Shown piece after piece: positions 20,801-32,828 of a stretch of 64,000 nt of DNA (positions within the stretch are counted from its first letter, which is position 1; each line of letters starts with the position of its first letter). The notes beneath the pieces are model-generated. The model ran no database searches. It was given only the letters and a program-made list of their open reading frames with translations, and was not told the DNA's origin. The DNA is taken from NCBI GenBank assembly GCA_024704765.1, contig JAKMXF010000299.1, positions 1-64,000 of the forward strand. Reading direction: 5' to 3'. The DNA comes from Oopsacas minuta (lineage: Eukaryota; Animalia; Porifera). The position numbers were made by a program, and so were the translations under genes.

Positions 20801-21326
20801 CGATTCAGAAGATCCATCTTTTGCTATATCTCAAGCAGAACACGAGTTGAAAGACTCCCCTCTTGTTCCTGGAGAAGAGATAGCTCCCTTCCTCTCTGCT
20901 ATCAGGACTAATTCTACAAACAGAGATAGTAACTTATTCTCTTCTGCTCCTGCTAACCCCTTCAAGAATCAGAAAGCTCCATTCTCTAGAGCTTCCAGTA
21001 TAGACAATAGCTTCATTAAATCAGTAATACAGAAATCTCTGGGAGGTAAACATACATTAAGTAATGTAACTGATAACAAGCAGCAGACCTCTGATCTCTT
21101 CTCAAAGCAATCTAAGCTAGGAGAGACAAGACATCCGGTTAAACAAACTGAAGCGAACAAGTCTTTTAATTCTGTTGAAAGCTCCAAACCCAAACCAAAT
21201 ACTTTCAAAGACTGGTTGGAACAAACAATGCCTCAATTAGAAGCTGACAACCCAACGCTAAAGAAAACAGAACTTATTCAAATTGCAACTAAGAAATGGC
21301 GTGAGGAAAAACGCGAAATTTCCTAA
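17845..21326 (+). CDS. WDHD1: WD repeat and HMG-box DNA-binding protein 1 (AND-1/Ctf4), multi-exon
   Basis: N-terminal WD40 ('LSCGSDGDIRL'); SepB-region motifs 'FQPSS', 'CYNLVGV', 'VEFHD', 'FNAWDGSKEW..QLP.GE'; C-terminal HMG-like 'NTFKDWL......L..DNP......L.......W'. Several short GT-AG introns; exact exon set not fully resolved. Confidence 0.9.
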
Positions 21327-21722
21327 CTTCTCATCCCGGTCACTTTACAAGTTTATATATCGCTTCTATCTATTTTATTGAATTAGATGTGTGGTAATTT
21401 TCTAGTCGCTTAGTCTCTGAGCAGAACTTGAAGCCATGAGGTACAGTAGCTATTGTGTTATAACCACTCTCTGTAACAATAGCTGATAGTGTTCATTACT
21501 TTCAGCACATGGAGTAAAGAGATTAGCATTAGATAGATTACATCGCTACTACATCTAAAATTATATATTGGCTATTTAGCAATTTGTGTGATTGTATTTG
21601 CGTTTTAAATTGTAAGTGAAATTTTGCTTGTTTGCTTACTATTCTGATGCTCTAAAGTGGCTAACAAACAAACTGTACTCCTATTTATACGCAGATATTC
21701 CTAAGTATATTTAATCAGTCAA

Positions 21723-24578
21723 ATGCTCTCACAAGAGAATTTGCTTTGCTTAGCTCCTTTCTCCTCGATGACTCACAAGTATAACAACGCCCTCCAGCCT
21801 AACCATCAGCAGCAACTCCAATCGCCTGCAATTGTTCCACAAACACTCACTGAGTCTCCTAAGTTACCCAGACCACCTCCAAAGCCCAAACCGCATCGAT
21901 TTGTCCTAAAATCCACCGATCCTGTTCCATCTGAACTTACACCCACTCCACTCAAGTCATACCCTCATAGGAATTCGTTTCTTGATTCTAAGGAATCAGC
22001 TTTTGGATTTGAAACCCAGATTTACACAGAAAATAAGTTTTCTAAGCCTCAAGTAAAAAATATACGCGACTTTTCAAAACATGTAGATTATCATTTAGAA
22101 GTTAGGAGTACAAAGCCTGAGCTAAATACCTGTAGTTCTCTCTCTCTTTCAATTCCTAGCCCCACGCAAGACCCTCAGTTAAACACAGCAAATCTTCCTA
22201 TCCAGGAGCTAAATGCTAGTCCTTACTCTGTTAAGAAGAAATTTAAGATTGGAAAACACAAGAGACGTTACACTCCTAATAACAGCCCTATTCTCGGTAA
22301 GGAGTCAAACGCAGAGCCCTCTCTTACTAGCTTCAATAGATCTCAAGAGGATGCACCAAATAACTTGGTTCAATCTCAGTCTATTCCCAGTATTAAGGGA
22401 AATAAGAAAGATAAAAGTATAGCTCCTGCTCCTGTATTGAAATCAATTCATTCTGTGCCCATCGATGATCTTGGTCCCCAAATTGTATCCCGTCCCTCTC
22501 TTCTCAAATCTTACTCAGATATGCCAGGAGATAGCCCTGACGGTATACCAACTGGTATGCACACCTCTCCTTCATTTGACAGCTCTGATCCCTCAGTAGC
22601 AGACATCGGATCCCTCAAACTCGTAACAAGGCTGTTCTCTCAGTTTGAATCAGTATATGATCAATCCCCCAGAAGACCTGACAATCCATCTCTGCCCCGT
22701 TTGGACTCTTTCTTACAAGATTTCATTTTGGTAGACAAACAATCAGATAATCCAAACGCCCCCAGCTCTGCTACCGAATTAGATCATCTGAAGAAGAAAC
22801 TTAAGAAAGTATACTCCACTGATGACATCACGAATGTAGGAGATGACTTCACTACCTCCAGTGCTACATCTGTATTCATAGATCCATCTAGATCTATCCC
22901 TTCTACTCCCAGTGTAGTAATGCCTAAGAGGAGAGCATGGGATCAAGTCAATAGCGCATTCTCACTGATAAAACTACGAGGCTCTGTCTCACACACAAAA
23001 CGGTCTGATCCATCTTATACCCCTTCCATTTCTGGATCCGAGGAGGATGACGACCAGGGAGGGAAGATATTACTGAGATCTAAGAGACCCGCTCATGAAA
23101 TATTCCGTGAATCTATAAGAGTTAAGAAACGAGAAAGGTTAATGATTGCTTCTATGAGTAATGACAAGACAAACACATCTCCCAGTAGTTCTGCTACCAC
23201 GCTAGAGAGTGAGAGATCTGAACAGAAAATGTTTGAGTATGTTATCGTGGTTGGTCTTTCTAAGAGTAAGACAGAGGACAAATACGAACCTACCATATCC
23301 TACAGATTCCCTCCCATGAACGACATGGGAGCCGGATCCTTCCTCTCGTCTGTTCCTCAGTTCTGTTTCCCTGATGCTAGTCTATGGAAACCAGCTGTGT
23401 TCAAACCTTCTCACAATCATCTCTCTGAGACGTACTCATTCGTACTCACAGACGAGTTAGGAGTTAAAAAGTTTGGTTACTGTAGACGTATCCTACCGAA
23501 AGGGAAAGACCTGCCAGAGGTGTATTGTATTATTTCACCACTAGGTTGCTTCTCTCTCTACTCTTCTATTCTAGACTACGTGGAAACAGAGAGGGCACGT
23601 TCTTCAGCACTTGTATATGCGTTCTTAAGAGCTGTCATTTCCAGGCCTCTGCCATTGCCAGGACAGTCAGTCTCTATAAAATCTATAGTCTCAGATTCTA
23701 GACAGGGCGTTGGAGGTCTGTCCCTATTCAGACCTCAAGAATCATCTCGCTTAGAACACGTTAACTTCTCTAAACTGATGTGTTGTCTGGGTATTAAACT
23801 TACTTTACAGTTATTTGCTGCTACGTTACTTGAGCGTAGAATTATATTTGTAGCAGAACAACTGAGTCTTCTATCTAGTTGCTGTCATGCAATAGTAGCA
23901 CTACTCTATCCTTTCTCATGGCAGCATGTGTTTGTACCAATCCTCCCTGAAGCTATGGTTCATATTTGCTGTAGCCCCTCCCCCTATATCGTAGGGCTAC
24001 TCCCTTCCTCTCTAGAAACTGTCTTGCAGTTTGGAGAGGAAATGGAAGAAGCCATAATCATCTCTCTCGATGATAGGAAATTTATTCGTAAAGCAGGAGA
24101 TGAAGATCAAATACTTCCCTCTAAGTTACAGACTGCATTACTATCCTTACTAACAGGCTGTGATAAGCCAAACACATGGAGGGAGGATCTGGAGATGAGT
24201 GACGTAGTTATTGAGGCATTTATAAGATTCTTTATTGAAATTCTTGACATTTACAAAGATTTTACTTATCCGAACTTGGATGATCCCAGCATTATAGAGT
24301 TTCAAACAAAACCTTTCCTCAAAACTATAAAGAGTAAGGCTTCTAGAAGATTTATGTCAGAGTTTTGTAAGACTCAAATGTTTTTCAATTTCCTACAAGA
24401 ACAAGGAGATAATCCAGAATTTTCCCAGTCCATAAAAACTATGTTTCAAGAAAGGTATGACGAGATAATGTCTAATCGCGTTCTCTCTGCGAAATATGGC
24501 AAACATGTTTCCTCCGGCCTGCTTAAAAAGTTTCGCTTTGGAAAGATCGCCAGCTCTGCACCTGGGAAATCGAAATAG
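21723..24578 (+). CDS. DENND2: DENN domain-containing protein 2-like Rab GEF (ST5/DENND2 family), single exon
   Basis: Low-complexity N terminus, then 'MFEYVIVVGL', 'VPQFCFPD', 'ETYSFVLTDE.G.KKFGYCRR', 'LLERRIIF', 'ALLYPFSWQHVFVPILP', 'F.KTQMF..F'. Confidence 0.9.
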   Translation: MLSQENLLCLAPFSSMTHKYNNALQPNHQQQLQSPAIVPQTLTESPKLPRPPPKPKPHRFVLKSTDPVPSELTPTPLKSYPHRNSFLDSKESAFGFETQIYTENKFSKPQVKNIRDFSKHVDYHLEVRSTKPELNTCSSLSLSIPSPTQDPQLNTANLPIQELNASPYSVKKKFKIGKHKRRYTPNNSPILGKESNAEPSLTSFNRSQEDAPNNLVQSQSIPSIKGNKKDKSIAPAPVLKSIHSVPIDDLGPQIVSRPSLLKSYSDMPGDSPDGIPTGMHTSPSFDSSDPSVADIGSLKLVTRLFSQFESVYDQSPRRPDNPSLPRLDSFLQDFILVDKQSDNPNAPSSATELDHLKKKLKKVYSTDDITNVGDDFTTSSATSVFIDPSRSIPSTPSVVMPKRRAWDQVNSAFSLIKLRGSVSHTKRSDPSYTPSISGSEEDDDQGGKILLRSKRPAHEIFRESIRVKKRERLMIASMSNDKTNTSPSSSATTLESERSEQKMFEYVIVVGLSKSKTEDKYEPTISYRFPPMNDMGAGSFLSSVPQFCFPDASLWKPAVFKPSHNHLSETYSFVLTDELGVKKFGYCRRILPKGKDLPEVYCIISPLGCFSLYSSILDYVETERARSSALVYAFLRAVISRPLPLPGQSVSIKSIVSDSRQGVGGLSLFRPQESSRLEHVNFSKLMCCLGIKLTLQLFAATLLERRIIFVAEQLSLLSSCCHAIVALLYPFSWQHVFVPILPEAMVHICCSPSPYIVGLLPSSLETVLQFGEEMEEAIIISLDDRKFIRKAGDEDQILPSKLQTALLSLLTGCDKPNTWREDLEMSDVVIEAFIRFFIEILDIYKDFTYPNLDDPSIIEFQTKPFLKTIKSKASRRFMSEFCKTQMFFNFLQEQGDNPEFSQSIKTMFQERYDEIMSNRVLSAKYGKHVSSGLLKKFRFGKIASSAPGKSK

Positions 24579-24900
24579 CAACACATGCTGTTATAAGTCC
24601 GCTGTACATTTCGCTTGTTCATATTTTAAGAATTGTGATGTGTAGATAATATACTTTTTATTCTTATACCAATCAGTCATACAGAGCTCTGTCACAAGAG
24701 TTGTTTAATTACTATCTTGTATGTTTATTCTTTTTATCAATCTACATATTCTTAGATTTTCAAATCAACAAAATCTATACAATTAAATACTTTGAATATT
24801 TCCTAACTTTCGATATATTTATGTAACGCTCCTACTCTTTTCTTAATCGTTACTTGTAGTTCTACTCAACACATTTTGATGCTAGAGATAGTATATAAAG

Positions 24901-27144
24901 ATGAATGGCCACTCTTCTAATCCATCTCCTGATTATAACACTAGGGATGATCCTCACCCCACAAGGCACCTCAGTGATAAAGCTCCTCCAAGCGAGCACT
25001 ATCGACAGAAACAAGAATATTTGCCTGTGTATAAGCCTAATGAGTCTCCTAATGGATTATCTGCTAATCAGCAGGGAGAAGGAGGTGTACAGCCTTTCAA
25101 TTTTAATGAATATAAAGTGTATTATCACTCCATATATTTGGGAAGAAAGCAATTGAAAGAAGCTCGTAGAGATTATTCAGATAATCCCACTTCCTCTTTC
25201 AGACTTTCAGTACACACACAGGAACAGTTTATAGTCATGGTATGTATGCATAGACATTTATTATTAATTACTAATTGTAATAGTATTATTCACTGTTTGT
25301 AGTTATTTGTTAAACTGCTTCAGATGCGTCGCAGTCTCTTACGTGAGAAACACAACCTTTCACAAGAAGACTTAAAATTCTGTATGGGGAATCCAACAGT
25401 CGAACACTGGCTAAAGGCAGTAGTCATTCAATCTCGAAGACTGATAGAATGCATCAAGTCCCAATTTGATTCTATAGAGAGTCTTCTGGACAGTAACAAA
25501 GATTACCTCCTGGAGCTGCTTGCACCTCACCCAATACACGAGATAGAGAGAGAACTATTCCTCTCTTCCTGGAGTATTCTCCAATCCTTTTCCTCTTCCG
25601 AGTTTCATGATTCTCTTTCTAATTACCACTTCTCATGGACTGAGTGCTGTGATAGAATGCTCTCACAAGAAATACCCTCAAGACTATACCTTAGTGATCC
25701 TATTAGTGAAAGCACAGTAAGTGACCCTCGCATACGCGCGCCGTCTCCCGACCCATGGACGCCCCCCCGCTCTCCGGATCGTGTTATTGGACCCAATAAT
25801 CACACTTTTCCACGCCCTCACAAGCCCTCTCTTAACCCAGACTCTGTAGGGACGGACCCTCAGAAGTTAGATGGACATGATACCATTCCTGGGGACGGGA
25901 CTCCTACTCCCAGGACATTCATAGGCATAAGGTTCTTGAGGCGGATCTTTCGTCCTAGAAACATATCCATACGATCATATGTACATCAGCAATGCAGAGG
26001 GTCTATGAACTCTCTGATAATGGAGTACGAGCAAGAACCCAGAGCTCCCAGATACAAAAATCACATACAAGCTTCTCCTGACAATGACTTTGGCTCTCAA
26101 TTACGTTTGCAAACTCAGATTCAAGACGAAGTATTTGATGATGATGCCATTCACTCTCCCTCCTGTCCCTCTGACACCGCCCAGACAGACGGATCCTCTT
26201 CTCCCCGTGTCTCCTCCTCTCCACAGCCCACCGACTGGGAGATCAACTTCGAAGAGATCCGTAACATTAAAGAGATCAAGAGTTGTAAGTTCAGCTCCTT
26301 AGCTACTGGCAATTGGCACGGACAGGTTATGATCAAAACCTATAAAGGATCTCTTTGCTTTGTGAGAGATCAATTCCAGCAAGAACTGAATGCTTTAAGG
26401 AATATACGTCATGATAACGTTATATTATTTCGTGGAGCATGTACTACTAGTGATCCAAACCTTACCATTGTTACCAGTGTAAAACACTCCCCTACACTAC
26501 ATCATGTTATCCGAATATCTCCCAAACATCCGCTGGAAAGAGTACTGACAATTCTTAAGGAAATATCACAGGCGATGACGTATTTACACGATAGGAAAAT
26601 TGTTCATCAAAACCTCACTACAGACTCAATCTACCTGGAGCGAGGAAATGCTAAGCCAATTCTATTCGATATTGCGGTTAACCCTCTACTGGATAATGCC
26701 GGAATAGATCCCGGTTCCTGGGAATTCCCACGGGGTTACGTGTCATGTATGGCTCCTGAGATCATTGACTCTCTATCTCCCTCAACTCATGAGTTAGACA
26801 GATACCTGCCATTCTCCGACAAGAGTGATGTATTTGCTTTTGGCTCTATTTGGTACGAGTTATACACTGGTCAGTATCCTCTGCAAGGAGACCCGATAGA
26901 AGTTGTTTTATTCAAAGTTAGCAACGGGTACAGACAGACTCTTGATCTTATCATAGGATCCCGAAGTATCAAAGAAGAGCTGTGTCGTTGTTGGAACAAG
27001 GACCCACTCAAACGACCATCTTTCCAGAGTTTGGGAATAATCATAGACAAACTACCAAACCTCCAACAACCGAGGAAAATGCCTGCTCGTAGCAGCTCCC
27101 AATCAGCAGTCATGCCTCTCAAGAGCTCAGAGGCAACTATGTGA
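24901..27144 (+). CDS. KSR: Kinase suppressor of Ras-like pseudokinase, 2 exons (24901-25239, 25324-27144)
   Basis: CC-SAM-like N terminus ('PTVEHWL.AV'), 'DWEINFEEI', 'GNWHGQV.IK', 'HDNVILFRGAC', 'MAPEII......LPFS.KSDVFAFG.IWYEL' match the KSR/RAF branch; 84-bp phase-0 GT-AG intron. Confidence 0.82.
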
Positions 27145-28082
27145 CGTCATCAGCCAGCTTGGCCGCATTACGATACCGTTATATTAAGCTCAGTTCAGCG
27201 CATCACACATTGCAATCGACGCCTCCGTGCTAAGCTAATGCCTGTAGCCACACGGATAACTTGTGTTTCCCTTTCGGCTGTAATTTTATTTCTTGATGGT
27301 TTTTATTACACATACGATAAAGTATATCTATTTCCGTACATACGTATTAACGATAATTATCTCAAGTTAATATAATGGTACCAGGCTTTCTACTGTGTAT
27401 TATCTATTCTATGATTTTCTTTACATTTCTAAGTCTCGAATAAATGCAGTACAGATTGTCTATTCATGTTTTGTTCATTCATAATATTTACAAACATACT
27501 CGCTTACTAACTTTGTTGTTTAATTACATTTTCAGAATTGAATTTATAACATATACTTGTAAACAATCGCGTAATTTCTACTATTTGCCAACTAACTGGT
27601 GGAGATGTAGCAACCTACGCTGTTACCACACTATACAATACATACATACTTCCTAGTAGGAACAGTCAGCCACTATATAAGAGCCACTCGTGATTGAAAT
27701 TATACCGAATTGCTATTCTGTTATATTTCGTAATTATCAACTCAATCTCTGAAGAACCTCAACGGATATAAGGTAATATCACCTCGTTAATGAATTCTAT
27801 TATAAAGTATTACATTCAGAATTGCGAAATATAATAAAACGCGGTTTTTAGTTGCGCCAATTAGATTAGGGACATCTGTCTTGTACAATATTTGTAACGA
27901 ATCGATCGTGAGCTTTAAATATCGAAATTTGCGCTTTATTTCCGAATTAGGTAGAATATATTCATTTCTTAATATTTTTTGGGATCTAATTATTTCCTGT
28001 TTAGGTTCGTTATTTGAGTTATTTCAATTGTGTCAATTTATCCTAATATCAATAAATGTATATAAATTATTTATTCACACAG

Positions 28083-29978
28083 ATGACTGCAACTTATCTC
28101 ACCCCTCACTCTGCTTTCCAATCCTCACTACCCCACTCCCGTCCCTTAGAAGACTCGCAAGGTAAATCATTAGATATAGCCTTAGAGATGTCTATGTTGA
28201 GCATAACCCCGGGCTATCCAGCTACAGTAACACCAACTGCTGGGGGAGAGAACTCTCCTCTGAACTCATTTTTCTTTGACATGTATGCTCACTCTCACCG
28301 ACCTTCTGACTCTAACGTTAACGCTACTGACTGTGTACAAGTGCCAAGCTCTGAGCACGTGGCAGAGATCGTAGGCAGGCAAGGTCAGTTAACGTAACAA
28401 CTTACATTATGTATATGAATTTTTAATAAAAGAATAATTATACACCACATCGTTAAATAATTCTACTAAAACACTCTTTCGTAGCCAAAACTTCTGTCCT
28501 GACTGTACATACCGATAGCGCAACCCACTCAGTCTATACGTGATCAATAATCTAATAAATTATACATAACTGAGCATAAATTAGCGACCGCTAATGTGGT
28601 TAGTTATCTAAATTTAAATAATATATTACCCCAGAGAATATCTTATAATTATTTACTCTACCTACCACCAACTCATTTCTACCATTGCATTGCATTGCAT
28701 TGCATTGCATTAACATTTTGATATGATCGTATAATGAATTAATTAAATCTATTTTTAGGCTGTAAAATCAAAGCTCTAAGAGCTCGGACTAATACGTACA
28801 TTAAGACACCCGTACGAGGAGAGAAACCAGTCTTTGTGGTGACAGGCAGGAAGGAAGACGTGAATCTAGCCAAGAGAGAGATCCTCGCTGCAGCTGACCA
28901 CTTCACTCAGATAAGAGCTCAAAGGAAGCAGGCTGCTACTGGTAATGCTCTCATTCGTGTAGGTTCTGGTACCCACTCTGTTACTGGAACAGGTCCCTAC
29001 TCACCGACTGATGAGGACAGTCTTACCATATCTGTTAAAGTTCCATACCATGTAGTGGGATTGGTCGTGGGACCTAAGGGAGCTACTATAAAGCGTATTC
29101 AGCAGAAGACAAGCACTTACATTATAACTCCTTCTAGAGACAAGGAGCCCTTCTTTCAAGTTACCGGTGCTAAAGAGAACGTAGAACAAGCTCGTAAGGA
29201 GATAGAGCATTACATAGCAGCACGTACTGGTACAATAGTATCTTCTGATGAGGTAGAGCTGTGTGAGCAACAATCTTTGTCCTATCTGTCTGATTCTGTT
29301 TCTTTTGGTAAGTCTCATCTCGTATCAGATCTGTATCTTAAGCCAGGGGTGCCTGATGATGACCTATTCCGTGGAACTAACGTCCTTAATCCCATGTGCA
29401 ACTTTCTGACGTCATCATCTGCTCCTGTCTCTCATAAATGTTCTACAATCTGGCCCCAGTCCAATTCTATTCCTACTAGTCTATTTGATCCTCAACAGCC
29501 TATGGCCAGTACTTACCACACCTTGACTGCATCTTATCCGGGTCTGCTCACCTCTCCATCCAGCACTATGTCTCCTCCTCTAACTAAAGCATCTAGTGCG
29601 CCTCTCCTATCAGGCGAGAACACAATCCTCCCTCTCGGCTCCTTCCACACAGTAACTAGTACTTCAGAAGCTTCACAACATCCCACTCATCTCTCTCCTA
29701 TCCCTCCCATCGGTAGTAAGAATCGGTGTCCCTCTCTTTACTCAGATTCTGGAGATTCTTCCTCCTTGCTTAGCTCTTCCTGCTCCGAATCGTTTCTTAC
29801 TCCAGACAGAAACGAATTAGACTCGTGCACTGCATGTAGTGCTTCCCCGTCTGCACTTAGAGTAGCCCTAGCTCCCTGTGGTCACATAACTAATTGTGAG
29901 AACTGTGCTTCCAAACTCTACTGTGTAGCCTGTCAGAGAGTAGCCGAGTCAGCTCTCCGGCTCCGTCCTGAAGCTTAG
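28083..29978 (+). CDS. MEX3: MEX3 RNA-binding E3 ligase (2 KH plus RING), 2 exons (28083-28383, 28759-29978)
   Basis: '[17 protein letters not shown]|[32 protein letters not shown]', '[22 protein letters not shown]', C-terminal RING 'C..C...APCGH...C..CA....C..C'. Confidence 0.96.
28683..28711. repeat. (CATTG)n microsatellite, ~6 units, in the MEX3 intron
   Basis: Seen directly. Confidence 0.9.
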
Positions 29979-30914
29979 TTACAACCTATCACCTGCGTTC
30001 AACTTGATCTAAAAATCCTTCAATTTATGAATATAGTAAACATAGACTCTATGAAGCAGAATGCGTGTACAGAACTGAAATAACTATCTTTCTTGTAAAC
30101 TGATTTTTCTAAATGTATATCTAATGTTTATCTATATTATTCTTAATATTATTATTGTTATTGTGTTAGCATTTATTTATTGTATTTCACTATTCGCTCT
30201 CAGAGCAACTTCTATATCCATTCATTACTCATGTTCTCAAGTATTTCCGCAAACGTTCATATAACTGTCATTATTATTATTCTACAAATCTGTAATATGT
30301 AACATCGGACAGAAATATATTATATTCTACAGCATGCCTTTTATATTATTTAATGAAACATGTAATAATTTACTTCCGCCAAGGAACTGTTAGAGGTGTT
30401 AGAAAACGTATAATACCCTCCCAAACTTCTCTCTCAGTTTAGCTAGGTTGCCTTGCTAGTAATCGCTAGGATCGTTATCCGAATCTCTTGTTAGTATTTA
30501 TGGTGATAATATCTCCATAATTTGTGTCTAGTATTACTCAATATATATTTAGAATTCAATTATACTCTGACCTTGTGTGCACATGCATGTGGTATCTTAT
30601 CGACTATTTTCTGCATAATAGCAGCTGCATTGCTTGCTTCTAATGAATATGACTTGGGTCATTCTATTTGGATATATTTATGTATATACTTACTTGCTGT
30701 ACTACTCTTAACTCAATCATTCGGTATTTTGGCTGAAACTAAAATATTCTTTGTAATAGTGGTAAGGGACTTATCTACCCATTATAGTTACATAATTAGC
30801 TCCTAAGCGCTAAGGAATCGTGGTGCGATCTTAATAATTGTTACAAACAGATATGGAAAATAACAGAATATATAGAAATATGTGCTGGTTAAGTTAAATA
30901 TAACTGTAAATATT

Positions 30915-32723
30915 TCAATATCTAATTAAACGATCCAATGACTCTTCTTTCTTTCTTTTCCTCCCTATGCCCTCAGGATCTACCATCCTAAGTTCAGGTT
31001 CATAATAGAACTCTATTGGATTACTGTATAGACTGTCTGAAAGCCTTCTGAGACGAATAAAGACTGTATGGGTCCGCTTAATGTTAATATCTGTATAAGA
31101 AGGTGTCTTAATAGAAACTGCATACTGATGGTGTACATCATTAGAAGTTATAGCTATATTCTGATACCATCCTATTTCATTATCTACACTATCTCTCTCT
31201 TCAGAGAATATAACCTCTATGTCATTCTTTTGAATCTTCTCGCATAGGATTAGTATCTCATCGCTTCCCTCTGGATTTCCCTTGCTTACATTAATTTTAC
31301 AAATGCGAGGAGAGCTTGAGTGTACTGACTGTGAGTCGAATATTGAGTGAGTAGTGAGACGGCTCAGCTCTGTGAATTCACCTCTAACTTTATGTTGTGT
31401 GTATATTATGAGTGATAGTTTGACAGCTGACAGGTTCTGTGGTGATGACGTATTCCTCTCTTGTCCTAAACTAATTTCTTTATAGTCCTCCTCTGTCAGA
31501 TGTTTTTTGATTAGTTCTTCCAAAGCTGACTCGCTTCCTGTTCCGTTAAGATTGCTACTAGCAAGGGCAGAGCGTAATGCATCTACTCCTATCTTCTCCA
31601 CAAGTCTCCTTGTTTCTAACTGCATTTCAGCACTCTGTGTAATCAATTTCTTCTTGCAGTGTTGTATGGAAATATTACCTAACAACATCTTAGGACTGGA
31701 TGACGAAACAACTCCATATCTGACCATAACTCCCCGATGCACATCTCTCCCTACCAGACTATTAGCGTGCTGACATCTCCCCTCATCTCCCACTAGATAT
31801 CCTACTACTATTACTCTGCCCTCGTAATCATTGAACAGGAGAGTGGGGTGTGTCTTTCTACCTCTCTCTGAGTACTCTCCAGGTATTCCTCCGTGTGTGT
31901 AGCCCTCACATTCATAGCGGAATCTGTATCCCTGAGATTTAGGTTGTTCTGAGATTATAACTGTCGGATGATTATCCCCATTTTCTGTTATTATCTCTAC
32001 CCGTTTAATTCCATTAACAACCTTAGGATAGTATTGCTCTAGAGCATAAGAAAAATCCTCTATAACAGTATCAGCCTTGAGATATCCTATATTAAGCATG
32101 TACCATAGTAGAGTCCTGTACTCTTTGAATATGTAGTTATCTGGTACTAGCTCTGCTTTATCACTACTCTTATTAGCGTGGGGTATTAATCGGTGTAAAC
32201 TGTGTAACTCTAAGGGATCAGCAATACGTAGCAGATGTTTTGCTTGATCTTCTTCTAACTTCCAATCTACTCTACTCTGCGAGTTTAGTTTAGAACTCGG
32301 CTCTAACTTAAGATAAGATCCTAATGCTGCAGTGCTGGAATGTATTGGTAAATAGAACTTTCTGAAATAACTGGCCCAATTCGGGAGTGTATAAGAAGAT
32401 GAGTTGTGTGTGTAAAGGTTCACTATCTTGTTACTTAGTATATTTTGTTGTAACCAAACTAGTGTACTGTTACTACCATTCATTTCTGTTGTAGAGAATG
32501 TATCAATAGATAGAGGGGTCCATACCAGTAGCAAGAACATGTCTCCTAGTCCTCTGATCTCTTCCTTATCGAAATATGCTACTTGTGTAACCTCTAGCTC
32601 TCTACAGAGCAGTTCTTTCTGTACCCACTCTAAATACTCCTCTATTTGTGTTTCTGAATCGGGTCTACTGGTGTGTGGAGACATCACCAATGCTATTACA
32701 TGTGTTTTTATTTTTACACTCAT
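30915..32723 (-). CDS. NFKB: NF-kB (p50/p52-type Rel homology domain) with a ~250-aa N-terminal extension and no ankyrin repeats
   Basis: 'EQPKSQGYRFRYECEGYTHGGIPG' (HGG is p50/p52-type), p50-like helical insert, 'ILCEKIQKNDIEV.F', 'DVHHQYAV..KTP.Y', 'RRLSD', NLS 'RKRKK', stop about 10 codons later. Confidence 0.93.
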   Translation of the reverse strand: MSVKIKTHVIALVMSPHTSRPDSETQIEEYLEWVQKELLCRELEVTQVAYFDKEEIRGLGDMFLLLVWTPLSIDTFSTTEMNGSNSTLVWLQQNILSNKIVNLYTHNSSSYTLPNWASYFRKFYLPIHSSTAALGSYLKLEPSSKLNSQSRVDWKLEEDQAKHLLRIADPLELHSLHRLIPHANKSSDKAELVPDNYIFKEYRTLLWYMLNIGYLKADTVIEDFSYALEQYYPKVVNGIKRVEIITENGDNHPTVIISEQPKSQGYRFRYECEGYTHGGIPGEYSERGRKTHPTLLFNDYEGRVIVVGYLVGDEGRCQHANSLVGRDVHRGVMVRYGVVSSSSPKMLLGNISIQHCKKKLITQSAEMQLETRRLVEKIGVDALRSALASSNLNGTGSESALEELIKKHLTEEDYKEISLGQERNTSSPQNLSAVKLSLIIYTQHKVRGEFTELSRLTTHSIFDSQSVHSSSPRICKINVSKGNPEGSDEILILCEKIQKNDIEVIFSEERDSVDNEIGWYQNIAITSNDVHHQYAVSIKTPSYTDINIKRTHTVFIRLRRLSDSLYSNPIEFYYEPELRMVDPEGIGRKRKKEESLDRLIRY

Positions 32724-32828
32724 TATGTAAATTATTATTATTTACTTTGCTATTATTGTTGTCCTTTATTTATACAAATATTATTGTAAACAAGTTACCT
32801 TCATACGAAGGGACAGATTGCAAAGCAA

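Noticed and set aside
30522-30806. Hydrophobic 94-aa ORF between MEX3 and NF-kB as a small membrane protein
   Set aside because: No ATG, no linked upstream exon that I could find, and no family motif; AT-rich DNA readily gives hydrophobic ORFs.
29979-30914. Missing ankyrin (IkB-like) exons of NF-kB downstream of its stop
   Set aside because: The part of the minus strand I read (about 30400-30914) shows no TPLH-type repeats, and no minus-strand ORF is listed before the convergent MEX3 gene.
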